Shown: positions 38,086 to 47,723 of the stretch, piece by piece
Layout of the letters: each line of letters opens with the position of its first letter
Position numbering within the stretch: position 1 is the first letter of the stretch
DNA from: Spirochaetia bacterium
GTDB lineage: Bacteria > Spirochaetota > Spirochaetia > UBA9216
Assembly (NCBI GenBank): GCA_963675665.1
Contig: OY776510.1
Location: 960,001-1,024,000 of the forward strand
Direction of reading: 5' to 3'
DNA: 64,000 nt
Notes under the pieces: model-generated
Database searches by the model: none
What the model saw: only the letters and a program-made list of their open reading frames with translations
Told to the model about the DNA's origin: nothing
Made by a program: the position numbers and the translations under genes

Positions 38086-39723
38086 TTATTCAACAGATAT
38101 CTGAATGATCCTTTTCCGGTGTCTTACAAAAAGTTTTTTGGTAAAGCTTGCTTGTCCCCGACGTGATTCAGGAATGAAAAGTATCGAGCGTTTGAGCTCG
38201 CTCTTTGTGAAATCGGGATATTTTTCTGAAGCGATTTTACAGGCTGTAATTTTAAGCAGGTTCATTTCGGATATGGTGGTGTACTCAATAAAACCGGGAT
38301 ACCTCTGGGAATTTGCAAAAGGGCACCAGTCCAGCCGCAGAAGATCAATGAGATACGGCAGCTCATCAGGCAGTTCTCTTTTTACCAGGTTAAATATTCG
38401 CTGTCCCCAGTATTCCCATCTCTTTATCCCGGTATCCGCAGGGCTTTCCTCGTCTCTTCCGTTAAGAAGCGACTCAAACAGAAAAATCCAGTTGCCGGTT
38501 TTTTTAGATAAATATATCAGGCTGAGTTTGAAGTATCCGCTGTTATACAGTATCGAAACCAGGGCTTCAAGCTGATGGAAATGCTGAAGCTCCGAAAAAC
38601 TGAAGCTGAACGAACTGAGTATCTCATACGGGGGAGAAACCGAGGCTTTTATTCCAAATTCGTCTCTCTCTGCTTCGAGCGGCGTTCCATGAAGAACCTT
38701 TAAAAATCCAAGCTGAAAAAGATCAGGATGAAGGCTTAAAATTTGATTCATTGTTTCGGCGGCGGTTTCCGGGTTGTCTCCCGGAAGCCCTGTTATCTGA
38801 TCAAGGTGGATATGAAGGCCGTCAATCTCAGCCAGTCGGCGAATATTCTCCCTTGATTTTTCCCAGCTGTCCGCCCGGTTTATGTTTTTCAGGATCAATT
38901 GATTTGTCGTCTGGATTCCTATTTCAAGCCGGGCCTTCCCCGGCGGAATGAGCGACAGCAGCCGGATATCTTCTTCATCAAGAAGTGCCGGGTGAATTTC
39001 AAAATGAAAGCAGCCCCTTGGCGGAGTGTCCGTCATCATCTGCCAGACAAGACGGGAAACTTTTTTATTATGGTTAAAGGTCCGATCTACAAATTTTACG
39101 GTGCCGTTAAACTGACTGAGAAGTTCAATCTCTTCCCTGATCTGATCTTCTCTTCGATAGTCCGGTTGCCCTCCCGATGCTGCTGAAAGGCAGTAGCTGC
39201 AGTTAAACGAACACCCCCTGGAGGCTTCATAGTAGATTAACCGGCCCTCAAGACTTGCAAGCAGTTCTTTGCTATAGGGGAATACAGTTTCCGAAAAGGG
39301 CTTCGGGGACAGCCGGATTATCTCTGCTGCTCCGGCCGGCACCGGCGACGGGGCAAGATTCGGAAGAATTGAAGCAAAGTCTTCCGCGTTGCCGTCAAGA
39401 ATGAAATTTATTCCGGAAATTTTCCGCCATTCATTGCTGTTAAAAACCGCTTCCGGACCACCGCAACATATTATTGCATCAGGTTTAAGGGTTGAAAGAT
39501 CCGTAATGACGGTTTTTAGGTATTCCGAGTTCCAGATATAAACCGAGAAGAAATAGTGAGAGTAATCGAGTCTTAGTAATTCTTCTATAAGTCCGCGTTT
39601 TGACCTGTTAATGTCCCATTCAACCATGCTGCAGCAGTTCTTCAGGGCAGTCTTCAAATATAACAGTGCAAGATTTGAATGGGAAAAACGCGCGTTTACC
39701 GAGACTAAAGCAGGGTTTGCCAT
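38086..39723 (-). CDS. B12-binding-domain radical SAM protein (DUF4080-type)
   Basis: HSNLAL, SVYIWN, GGPE, RGCSFNCSYC, KFVDRTFN, LGFLKVLHGT. Confidence 0.9.
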   Translation of the reverse strand: MANPALVSVNARFSHSNLALLYLKTALKNCCSMVEWDINRSKRGLIEELLRLDYSHYFFSVYIWNSEYLKTVITDLSTLKPDAIICCGGPEAVFNSNEWRKISGINFILDGNAEDFASILPNLAPSPVPAGAAEIIRLSPKPFSETVFPYSKELLASLEGRLIYYEASRGCSFNCSYCLSAASGGQPDYRREDQIREEIELLSQFNGTVKFVDRTFNHNKKVSRLVWQMMTDTPPRGCFHFEIHPALLDEEDIRLLSLIPPGKARLEIGIQTTNQLILKNINRADSWEKSRENIRRLAEIDGLHIHLDQITGLPGDNPETAAETMNQILSLHPDLFQLGFLKVLHGTPLEAERDEFGIKASVSPPYEILSSFSFSFSELQHFHQLEALVSILYNSGYFKLSLIYLSKKTGNWIFLFESLLNGRDEESPADTGIKRWEYWGQRIFNLVKRELPDELPYLIDLLRLDWCPFANSQRYPGFIEYTTISEMNLLKITACKIASEKYPDFTKSELKRSILFIPESRRGQASFTKKLFVRHRKRIIQISVE

Positions 39724-39850
39724 ACCTTTATTTTAGCATATCAAACTGCATGGATGCAGCAGGTTTACCATACAGATTCAAAACAAGGATTTAACAGTTT
39801 AGCATTTCCTGTGTTATAATCCTCTGACGGAATGTTACAGGAGCAGTTTA

Positions 39851-41434
39851 ATGTTAAGGGTAGCAATAATTGATGATGAGATTTGGGTATGCCGACTGAT
39901 ACAAAAATTAGTCGATTGGGAATCCCTGGGCCTTGAAATCAGTTTTGTGGAAAATGACGGCGTAAGCGGTCTTGAACGAATAATTGATGAAAGACCAGAT
40001 ATTGTAATAACTGATATTCGAATGCCGGATATGGACGGCATGCAGATGATAGAAGAAATGAGAAAAAAGAAGATCCTTTCGAAGATTATCATCATGAGCG
40101 GATACCCTGACTTTAATTATGCAAAAAGAGTTTTAAAAAGCGGAGCCTCGGAATATTTATTGAAGCCGGTTGAGAAAAAACGGCTTGAAGAGGTTTTATT
40201 GCGTCTCATTCAGGAAATCAATACGGAGAAAAAGATAGAAGCGGACCTTTACAGGCACCAGAAAAACTCCGGCAGAATACACGAAATGCTGGAGAAGCTG
40301 TTTATTGAAAACCTTGTTACGCAAAAACCAATAGAAGAGAAAATACTTGAAGTAGGTATTAAAAATATTTTTAATAATCCTGACAATAAATGGTTTCGGG
40401 TTTTACTGGTTAAGGGTGTTCTGGATGGAACGGAAAATGATAAGGTTTTAAAATTTATCTCGGAATATGACCGGATATCAAGTAATGATCATGTGATTTT
40501 TTTTACATTCTTTTATTACAATTACCGGGTTTTCATAGTTAGTTTTCCTGATGAGTTTGAAGAAAAAATTCCGGAGCTTTTTATAAATGAATATTTAAAA
40601 ATTACGTCGGAAAAAGGTATAGATCTGGTTTATTCCTATAGTTTTAAAACGGATTATATAAATGAAATATCATCATGTCTGACAACTTCTTTTAAGGGAG
40701 CTCTGAACTACTTTTCATGTGAAGATCCGGATAAAATGCTGTTTTCAAATGAACAGGTAATTAGCGAGGAGAGGGGGATTATTCCCAGAGAGTTGAGCAA
40801 AATGCTGCTGTTAAATGTGGAAGCCCTGAGCGTTGAAAATTCTCTGTCCATTATTTCACAGATGTATGATGTTCTTGAAAAAAAAGCGGAAGAAAAACCC
40901 TATATAATATTTATTAAGTCGATAAAGATCTGTGATTATGTTTTAGGAAGTTTAAAATCAGGCTTTGAGGACGATATCGGGGCAGAGTTGAAATATGAAA
41001 AAGAGTTTTTTCGCCGGTTGAGCGAATGCAACGGAATTGAATGTTTCCGGGAAGTCGCGTTAAGGTTTTTTGGAGAACTTATTGAAGAGTTTTATAAATT
41101 AAAAAGAAATAAAAGCCGAAATCTTATTGAGAAGGCTAAAAACTATATTCAGCTGAACTATGACAAGAAACTGAGTCTGAACGATATTGCCGAACAACTG
41201 TACTTAAATCCTAAATATTTCAGCAACATTTTTAAAAAAGAGACGGGTATTGGTTATGCGGAATATTTAAACACAATAAGGCTGGATGTATCAAAGACCC
41301 TCCTTAAAGATAATGTTTACAGTATCGGACAGGTTGCAAGTAAAGTAGGTTTCTCGGACCCGAAACACTTCAGCAAGGTTTTTAAACAGAAAACGGGCGT
41401 GACGCCTAATGAATATCGCAAGTTTCATGTATAG
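39851..41434 (+). CDS. YesN-type response regulator (REC + AraC HTH)
   Basis: IIDDE, TDIRMP, YLLKP; C-terminal GFSDPKHFSKVFK. Confidence 0.94.
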   Translation: MLRVAIIDDEIWVCRLIQKLVDWESLGLEISFVENDGVSGLERIIDERPDIVITDIRMPDMDGMQMIEEMRKKKILSKIIIMSGYPDFNYAKRVLKSGASEYLLKPVEKKRLEEVLLRLIQEINTEKKIEADLYRHQKNSGRIHEMLEKLFIENLVTQKPIEEKILEVGIKNIFNNPDNKWFRVLLVKGVLDGTENDKVLKFISEYDRISSNDHVIFFTFFYYNYRVFIVSFPDEFEEKIPELFINEYLKITSEKGIDLVYSYSFKTDYINEISSCLTTSFKGALNYFSCEDPDKMLFSNEQVISEERGIIPRELSKMLLLNVEALSVENSLSIISQMYDVLEKKAEEKPYIIFIKSIKICDYVLGSLKSGFEDDIGAELKYEKEFFRRLSECNGIECFREVALRFFGELIEEFYKLKRNKSRNLIEKAKNYIQLNYDKKLSLNDIAEQLYLNPKYFSNIFKKETGIGYAEYLNTIRLDVSKTLLKDNVYSIGQVASKVGFSDPKHFSKVFKQKTGVTPNEYRKFHV

Positions 41435-41455
41435 CGGAAATCGCGGGGTACAGTA

Positions 41456-42823
41456 TTGTCTTCAATAAACAGGGATGAAAGAAAATACAGGACATTATTC
41501 ACATTAAAAATTATAGGTATCCTGATTTTATATATTACGCTGTCTATTTTTGTAAGTATCCAGATTTCCAGAAGATTACACAAAGACAATCTGGAAGTTG
41601 AGATGAACCTGGTGCTGAACAGGCTTAAATATCAGTATCTGGAATCAGGGAATGATATGGAATTGTTAAAGAATCAGCGAATTCTGTTCGGAGAAAAAAA
41701 TCAGTACAGGGCTGATGTCTTTGTAATAAACAGCAAAAATATGAATATTTCCGGCAATGTTCTGCCTTTTGACGCGGATAAAATGATATACAGTACCGGA
41801 AATATAAAAGCGGGAGATTTTGTATACTATTATTCATATTTCAGGGATATTGATCTTTACTTTATTATCGAAGTTCCTTTCGGGTATGTTTCAAATATCG
41901 CCGGCGAAATTATCGGGGGATTGATTGCGATAAACATGATTATCTCCGTATTGGTATTTCTGCTATTTCTGGTTTTAAAAAATGTGTATTATAACCCGAT
42001 TATAAAAATCGAACGATATATTGAAGAGATTATAGAAGACGGGCATAATCCGGGCGATGATTTAAGCCTGGTAATCAGAACACATCCTTTGTCCAGCCGT
42101 TTTGAACAGGTTATTGTTATGCTGAAAGAACTTCTTGAGCGGGAATATAACGAAACGATTCTGAGAAAACAAACGGAGTTGAATGTTCTTCAAAGCCAGA
42201 TAAATCCGCACTTTCTGTATAATACGCTTGATACTATAAGGGGACAGGCGCTTTGGGAAGGAATAGATTCCATTGCCGATATGACGCAGGCGTTGGCAAA
42301 CTGTTTACGGTACAGTATAAATACCGCAAGCGATATGGTAATGCTGGGAGAAGAACTCGAAAATGTTAAAAACTATATAAAAATTCAGCAGACGAGATTC
42401 AGCGACAAACTCAGGTTTGAACTGGCTATAGATGAAGAAAATGACAACAGGATTTTAAGTTACAAGATCCCGAAGCTTACGATACAGCCTATTGTTGAAA
42501 ATGCTGTTTTCCACGGACTGGAGAAAAAAAAGAACATGGGAAAGGTCCAGATAAAAGCTTTTACAACGGACACGAGGCTCTCGATTAATATCATTGACGA
42601 CGGATTGGGTATTCCCCGGAGCAGATTGAAGATGCTGAATAAAAACCTTTATCTGGGACAGGCAAGTCTTTCAAACTCGGATAACGACAGTAAACAAAGC
42701 ATCGGTCTGTATAATGTAAACCAGAGAATAAAATTATATTACGGCGATAATTTCGGCCTGAGGATAAAAAGTTTCGTAGATAAAGGAACCGATGTCGAGA
42801 TTATTGTTCCAATAATTAAATAA
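41456..42823 (+). CDS. YesM/LytS-type sensor histidine kinase
   Basis: LQSQINPHFLYNTL, QPIVENA, DDGLG, IGLYNV; 2 TM segments. Confidence 0.94.
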   Translation: MSSINRDERKYRTLFTLKIIGILILYITLSIFVSIQISRRLHKDNLEVEMNLVLNRLKYQYLESGNDMELLKNQRILFGEKNQYRADVFVINSKNMNISGNVLPFDADKMIYSTGNIKAGDFVYYYSYFRDIDLYFIIEVPFGYVSNIAGEIIGGLIAINMIISVLVFLLFLVLKNVYYNPIIKIERYIEEIIEDGHNPGDDLSLVIRTHPLSSRFEQVIVMLKELLEREYNETILRKQTELNVLQSQINPHFLYNTLDTIRGQALWEGIDSIADMTQALANCLRYSINTASDMVMLGEELENVKNYIKIQQTRFSDKLRFELAIDEENDNRILSYKIPKLTIQPIVENAVFHGLEKKKNMGKVQIKAFTTDTRLSINIIDDGLGIPRSRLKMLNKNLYLGQASLSNSDNDSKQSIGLYNVNQRIKLYYGDNFGLRIKSFVDKGTDVEIIVPIIK

Positions 42824-42963
42824 TATTCAGGTTAAAATTGATTATTTTCTCTTTTATATGGATTTTACACACCAAAAATGGAAAATATCGCGTTGCGTGA
42901 TGAAAATTTCAAGAATACAATTTTATAAAGATTATTTCATTTGTATAAACAGGAGGATTTTTA

Positions 42964-43983
42964 ATGAAAAAGAGTATTAGTATTTTACTGATATTAGCGA
43001 TTGCTCTAATGTTCGTTTCATGCGGACAGGAAGAAACTGCAACAGATGAAGCGACAAGCGAAAACGTATTGGTAGCGGAACCGGGCGAAAAATATTACAT
43101 GGTAACTTTTGCCGCCGAACACCCGTACTGGGTTGATGTTCTGGATGGATACACTGATGCGCTGAGCCTTTATGGCGCCGAGGTTGAATACACGGGTACG
43201 ATAGGCGCTGATGTTGCCGAACAGGTTACCCTGATTGAGCAGATTATTACAAAGCAGCCCGCAGGAATTGCAATTGCCGCAGCCAACGCAACGGGTATTG
43301 TTCCTGTTATTGAAGAAGCTGTGGAAGCCGGAATCTCCGTTGTAAACTTTGATGCCGCTTCAGCTCCCGCGGAAGGACTGTACGGCTTTATAGGAACAGG
43401 AAACTACCAGGCCGGTGTTGTAGCAGCACACGAAATGGCAACCATTCTGGGTAAAAAAGGAAAATGCGGAGTTATAACTGTTATTGATACGGACTCAACC
43501 AGAAACAGGGGACAGGGTTTTATTGATACAATCACGAATGATTATCCCAATATGGAAATTGTTCAGGTTGCCGACGGGGCTTTTGATCAGCAGATCAGCG
43601 CCGAAGTAACTTCCGCCATGCTTCAGAACCATGCGGACATAGCCGGAATCTTTACTTCTTTTGCAGCCGGCGGTGTCGGTGTTGCGACGGCAGTTGAAGA
43701 AAACGGTATGAAAGGTAAAATCAAAATAATCAGCTTTGATACAAACGCCGGTCTTCTCGACTTAATCAAACAGGGAGATATTTCCGGAACTATGGCTCAG
43801 GGAACCTGGGTAATGGGATGGCAGGCAGGTCATCAGGCCTATTGGCTGCATCATGATTTGCTTCAGCCCAAGCCGAACTGGAAGGCAAACGGTATAGCTC
43901 CGCTGCCTAACAATGTTGATACGGGAATCAGCTTTGTAACAGCCGAAACAGCAGATCTGTATTATCCGGCAAATTCCAAGTAA
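42964..43983 (+). CDS. Sugar ABC transporter substrate-binding lipoprotein (RbsB-like)
   Basis: Lipobox FVSC, HPYW, GTGNYQAG, ISFD. Confidence 0.92.
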   Translation: MKKSISILLILAIALMFVSCGQEETATDEATSENVLVAEPGEKYYMVTFAAEHPYWVDVLDGYTDALSLYGAEVEYTGTIGADVAEQVTLIEQIITKQPAGIAIAAANATGIVPVIEEAVEAGISVVNFDAASAPAEGLYGFIGTGNYQAGVVAAHEMATILGKKGKCGVITVIDTDSTRNRGQGFIDTITNDYPNMEIVQVADGAFDQQISAEVTSAMLQNHADIAGIFTSFAAGGVGVATAVEENGMKGKIKIISFDTNAGLLDLIKQGDISGTMAQGTWVMGWQAGHQAYWLHHDLLQPKPNWKANGIAPLPNNVDTGISFVTAETADLYYPANSK

Positions 43984-44012
43984 TTGATAATAAGATTAAA
44001 TTGTTGAATTAT

Positions 44013-44041
44013 AAAGCCTGGCCTGTAAGGTTGGGCTTTTT
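44013..44041 (+). terminator. Hairpin with T tract after the SBP gene
   Basis: AAAGCCTGGCCT-GTA-AGGTTGGGCTTTTT. Confidence 0.7.
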
Positions 44042-44069
44042 ATTACGGAAGATATGAGAGGATCTGAAA

Positions 44070-45560
44070 TTGAATAGCGAAGTTATCCTTAAAGTAGAGA
44101 ACATTACAAAGAGCTTTCCCGGAATGAAGGCCCTGGATAATGTTCATATTGAAGTCCGGAAAGGTGAAGCCCTGGCTCTGGTCGGAGAGAACGGCGCCGG
44201 GAAATCAACGCTCATGAATGTAATTTCGGGAGTACATAAAGAGGACGAAGGAAGCATATATTTTGAAGGAAACAGGGTAAGTGTTAATAATCCCAGAGAA
44301 GCCCAGGAACTGGGGATCGGGTTTGTGCATCAGGAATTGAGTTTGTGTAATCATGTATCTGTTGCCGAAAATATATTTATGTCCGGGGAAGCTTCCGGTC
44401 TTTTTTTGAATAGAAATGAAATCAATAAAAAATCTGATGAACTGCTCAAAATGTTTAACGTAAATTTCACAGGAAGCGATATTGTCGGCAATTTAAATGT
44501 TGCCCAGCAGCAGATAGTTGAAATCATAAAAGCGCTCAGCATTAATGCCAAGCTCCTTATTTTTGATGAACCGACAGCTTCTCTTACGGAGAATGAGATA
44601 GACGAACTTTTTAAAATAATTAAAGAATTGAAAAAGAACGGAATGGCCATTTTATATATCAGCCACAGATTGGCGGAGATTTTTGAAATATGCGAAAATG
44701 TAACCGTTTTAAAAGACGGCAAGTATGTGGACACGTTCAGGACCAACACCATTACAACGGATAAAATTGTAAACGCAATGGTCGGAAGAGATATTGAGAA
44801 TCTTTATCCGTATAAAGCCACCGATATCGGTGAGATAATTTTTGAAGTTAAAAACATGTCGTCGGAAAAAAGATATCAAAATTGCAGTTTTGAACTTAAG
44901 AAAGGCGAAATTTTGACTTTTTACGGTCTGGTAGGTTCCGGTAGAACAGAACTGATGCGTGGTATTTGCGGGATAGATAAAAGAGTTTCCGGAGAGATAA
45001 TTCTGGACGGAAAGGAAATTTACAATACCACCTATATTGATTCCATAAAAAACGGGATCGTATATATTACTGAAGACAGAAAGGACGAAGGCCTGTTCCT
45101 TGGAATGAGCATTCAACAAAATATTTCGATTGTCGTATTAAAAAAGATTTTAAAAGGCCTCTTTTTAAATAAAAATATTGAACGAAAGATAGCCAGAAAC
45201 TATATCAAAAAATTAAACGCAAAGGTCACAGATGTAGAGTTTTCAGTTGAAACTCTTTCGGGCGGTAACCAGCAAAAAATAATGATCGGAAAATGGCTGG
45301 CATCGGAACCAAGGCTTATTATCATGGATGAGCCGACAAGGGGGATTGATGTCGGGGCGAAATTTGAAATCCACCGCATGATTAGAGGACTTGCTGAAGA
45401 AGGAATCGGTATTATTGTAATTACTTCCGATTTGCCCGAAGCAATCGGTCTCAGCGATAGAATTATCGTCATGAAGGAAGGCGGCATTAACGGTGAGATA
45501 ATAAGTCCGGAAGATATGACTGAAGAGAATGTAATATCCTGGGCTTCACATACGGATTGA
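44070..45560 (+). CDS. Sugar ABC transporter ATP-binding protein (RbsA-like)
   Basis: GENGAGKST, DEPT twice, LSGGNQQK. Confidence 0.96.
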   Translation: MNSEVILKVENITKSFPGMKALDNVHIEVRKGEALALVGENGAGKSTLMNVISGVHKEDEGSIYFEGNRVSVNNPREAQELGIGFVHQELSLCNHVSVAENIFMSGEASGLFLNRNEINKKSDELLKMFNVNFTGSDIVGNLNVAQQQIVEIIKALSINAKLLIFDEPTASLTENEIDELFKIIKELKKNGMAILYISHRLAEIFEICENVTVLKDGKYVDTFRTNTITTDKIVNAMVGRDIENLYPYKATDIGEIIFEVKNMSSEKRYQNCSFELKKGEILTFYGLVGSGRTELMRGICGIDKRVSGEIILDGKEIYNTTYIDSIKNGIVYITEDRKDEGLFLGMSIQQNISIVVLKKILKGLFLNKNIERKIARNYIKKLNAKVTDVEFSVETLSGGNQQKIMIGKWLASEPRLIIMDEPTRGIDVGAKFEIHRMIRGLAEEGIGIIVITSDLPEAIGLSDRIIVMKEGGINGEIISPEDMTEENVISWASHTD

Positions 45561-45584
45561 TTTTAGTTTCAGAGGGGTAGAATA

Positions 45585-46550
45585 ATGATGATAAAGAAAA
45601 ATAATTTAACTAAAATTATGGAGTACAGAGAGTTTAACATCCTTGCTCTTGTTCTGCTTGTCGGAATAATACTTGGCTTCGCAACCAGAAACTTTGCTAC
45701 AAGCAGAAACTTCATGACTTTGGGTATAGGTATATCTGTAGATATAATCCTGGTTATCGGTATGACGATGGTCCTTGCAACAGGGGGCGTTGACCTTTCT
45801 GTTGGAGCAATACTTGGAATATCATGTATGGCGGCCGGTTACTTCCACGTTAATATGGGTGTAAATATCTGGTTGTCGAGTCTGTTTGCTATCGGGATAA
45901 GCGCTGTTTTGGGCGCAATAAACGGATTCATGATAGGCAAGGTCAAGATTACGCCGCTTATCGTTACGCTGGCCATGATGGGTATGGCAAGGGGTTTAAT
46001 CTACGTCGTAACAGAAGGAGCAACCGTTGCCGTAAAAGATGCCCCCAAGATCTTTAAGATGCTTGGAAAAGGCGATTTAATGGGAATCCCCGTCATAATA
46101 ATTATTGCCGTCGCCTTTGTCGTGGTGTTTGATATCGCCATGAGAAAGATGATGTGCTTCAGAAAGATGTATTATGTCGGCAGCAATGAAAAGGCGGCAG
46201 TTCTTTCAGGCGTAGATGTATTTAAAACAAAAATGCTTACCTATATTTTAAACGCTGTTTTATGCGGAATTGCCGGTGTTCTGACACTGTCAAGGTTTAC
46301 CGTAGCAACGCCCAAGGCCGGTCTCGGCGCAGAGATGAGGATAATATCCGCATGTGTTATCGGCGGATCGAGTTTGAGCGGCGGCGTCGGTACCGTTCTG
46401 GGATCCGTTGCGGGTTTGATTCTTCTGTCAATTGTCAATAACGGCCTGATATTGCTTGATGTATCAATATACTGGCAGGATTTTATCAACGGGGCAATTT
46501 TATTGCTTGCGGTAACAATCGATAAACTGAGCAGCAAGGAAAGAATCTGA
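45585..46550 (+). CDS. Sugar ABC transporter permease (RbsC-like)
   Basis: GGVDLSVG, GSNEKAAVLSGV, VIGGSSLSGG. Confidence 0.95.
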   Translation: MMIKKNNLTKIMEYREFNILALVLLVGIILGFATRNFATSRNFMTLGIGISVDIILVIGMTMVLATGGVDLSVGAILGISCMAAGYFHVNMGVNIWLSSLFAIGISAVLGAINGFMIGKVKITPLIVTLAMMGMARGLIYVVTEGATVAVKDAPKIFKMLGKGDLMGIPVIIIIAVAFVVVFDIAMRKMMCFRKMYYVGSNEKAAVLSGVDVFKTKMLTYILNAVLCGIAGVLTLSRFTVATPKAGLGAEMRIISACVIGGSSLSGGVGTVLGSVAGLILLSIVNNGLILLDVSIYWQDFINGAILLLAVTIDKLSSKERI

Positions 46551-46661
46551 AACTAAAAATACATTCATGTATTTTTAGTTTTTTGAAGTATCACAGGCTA
46601 TGCTTGTAAAACTTCACACGCCATTACTTGCCTTCTAAGCTGCAACGCAGCTTTCGGCAGG
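46550..46661. repeat. Intergenic triple-hairpin element (REP/MITE-like)
   Basis: AAACTAAAAATACAT-TC-ATGTATTTTTAGTTT; TGAAGT..ACAGGC-TAT-GCTTGT..ACTTCA; CTTGCC..AAGCTGC-AAC-GCAGCTT..GGCAGG. Confidence 0.6.
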
Positions 46662-46692
46662 ATTTCAGGAGAGTTTTTTACAGGAGGAAAAA

Positions 46693-47682
46693 GTGGAACA
46701 GAGGAAAATCGGGAAATCGGAAATATATACTTCCAAAATATGCCTCGGCGCATGGGCCATCGGCGGCGGTCCATGGTGGGGAGATTCGGATGATAAGGAA
46801 TCTATAAAAGCCATACACGCGTCAATTGATTCGGGTATAAATTTTATTGATACCGCTCCCGGCTATGAATGGGGGCACAGCGAGGAAGTTGTCGGCAAGG
46901 CAATCAAAGGCCGGAGAGACAAGGTAACAATATCCACCAAGTGCGGTCTCTGGTGGCAGACGGAAGAAGGGCAGCCGCATTACGTGCAGAAGGGAATTAC
47001 CGTGCGCAAATGCCTTAAGCCTTCCACAATGAGAATAGAACTTGAGAACAGCCTAAGGCGTCTTGGTACCGATTATATCGATCTTTATATTACGCACTGG
47101 CCGGAAACCGGGGATGATGCGACCCCGATTTCCGAGACGATGAACTGTTTGATGGAATTCAAAAAAGAGGGAAAAATCAGGGCAATCGGCGCCTCAAACA
47201 CCTCGCTTGATATTATTCGAGAGTACTCGAAACACGGACAGCTTGATGCTATTCAGGAGCGCTACACCATGCTCGACAGGCGTCTTGAGCCTGAATATAT
47301 CGATCTCTGTGAAGAACTCGATATCAGTATTATGGGGTATTCCACTATTGAGCAGGGTCTTTTGTCCGGCAGGATAACCATGGAGACCGAGATAGATGAT
47401 GAAGCCTTCCGGGCCATGCTGCCGTGGTACAAGGCTGAAAACCGCCGGAAGGTTCTTGATATGCTCGGTAAATGGGAAGATCTCTGTAAAAAATATGATG
47501 CAAGCCTTGCCCAGATCGTTGCCGCCTGGACCGCCGCCCAGAGGGGCATTACGTTTCCGATTGTCGGCGCGAGAAAAATCAGGCATGCGGAAGAAAATGC
47601 CGCGGCAGGAGGTCTTAAACTTTCTGATGAAGATATTCTGCTTATGAGGAAAGATGTAGAAGCCCTCGGAGAGCCGTCGTAG
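46693..47682 (+). CDS. Aldo/keto reductase
   Basis: LGAWAIGG, DTAPGY, TKCG, SLRRLGTDYIDLY, IRAIGASN. Confidence 0.95.
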   Translation: MEQRKIGKSEIYTSKICLGAWAIGGGPWWGDSDDKESIKAIHASIDSGINFIDTAPGYEWGHSEEVVGKAIKGRRDKVTISTKCGLWWQTEEGQPHYVQKGITVRKCLKPSTMRIELENSLRRLGTDYIDLYITHWPETGDDATPISETMNCLMEFKKEGKIRAIGASNTSLDIIREYSKHGQLDAIQERYTMLDRRLEPEYIDLCEELDISIMGYSTIEQGLLSGRITMETEIDDEAFRAMLPWYKAENRRKVLDMLGKWEDLCKKYDASLAQIVAAWTAAQRGITFPIVGARKIRHAEENAAAGGLKLSDEDILLMRKDVEALGEPS

Positions 47683-47723
47683 TTTACACAGGAAAATTTC
47701 ATGTTTAAAGAGGAGCTGGAAAA

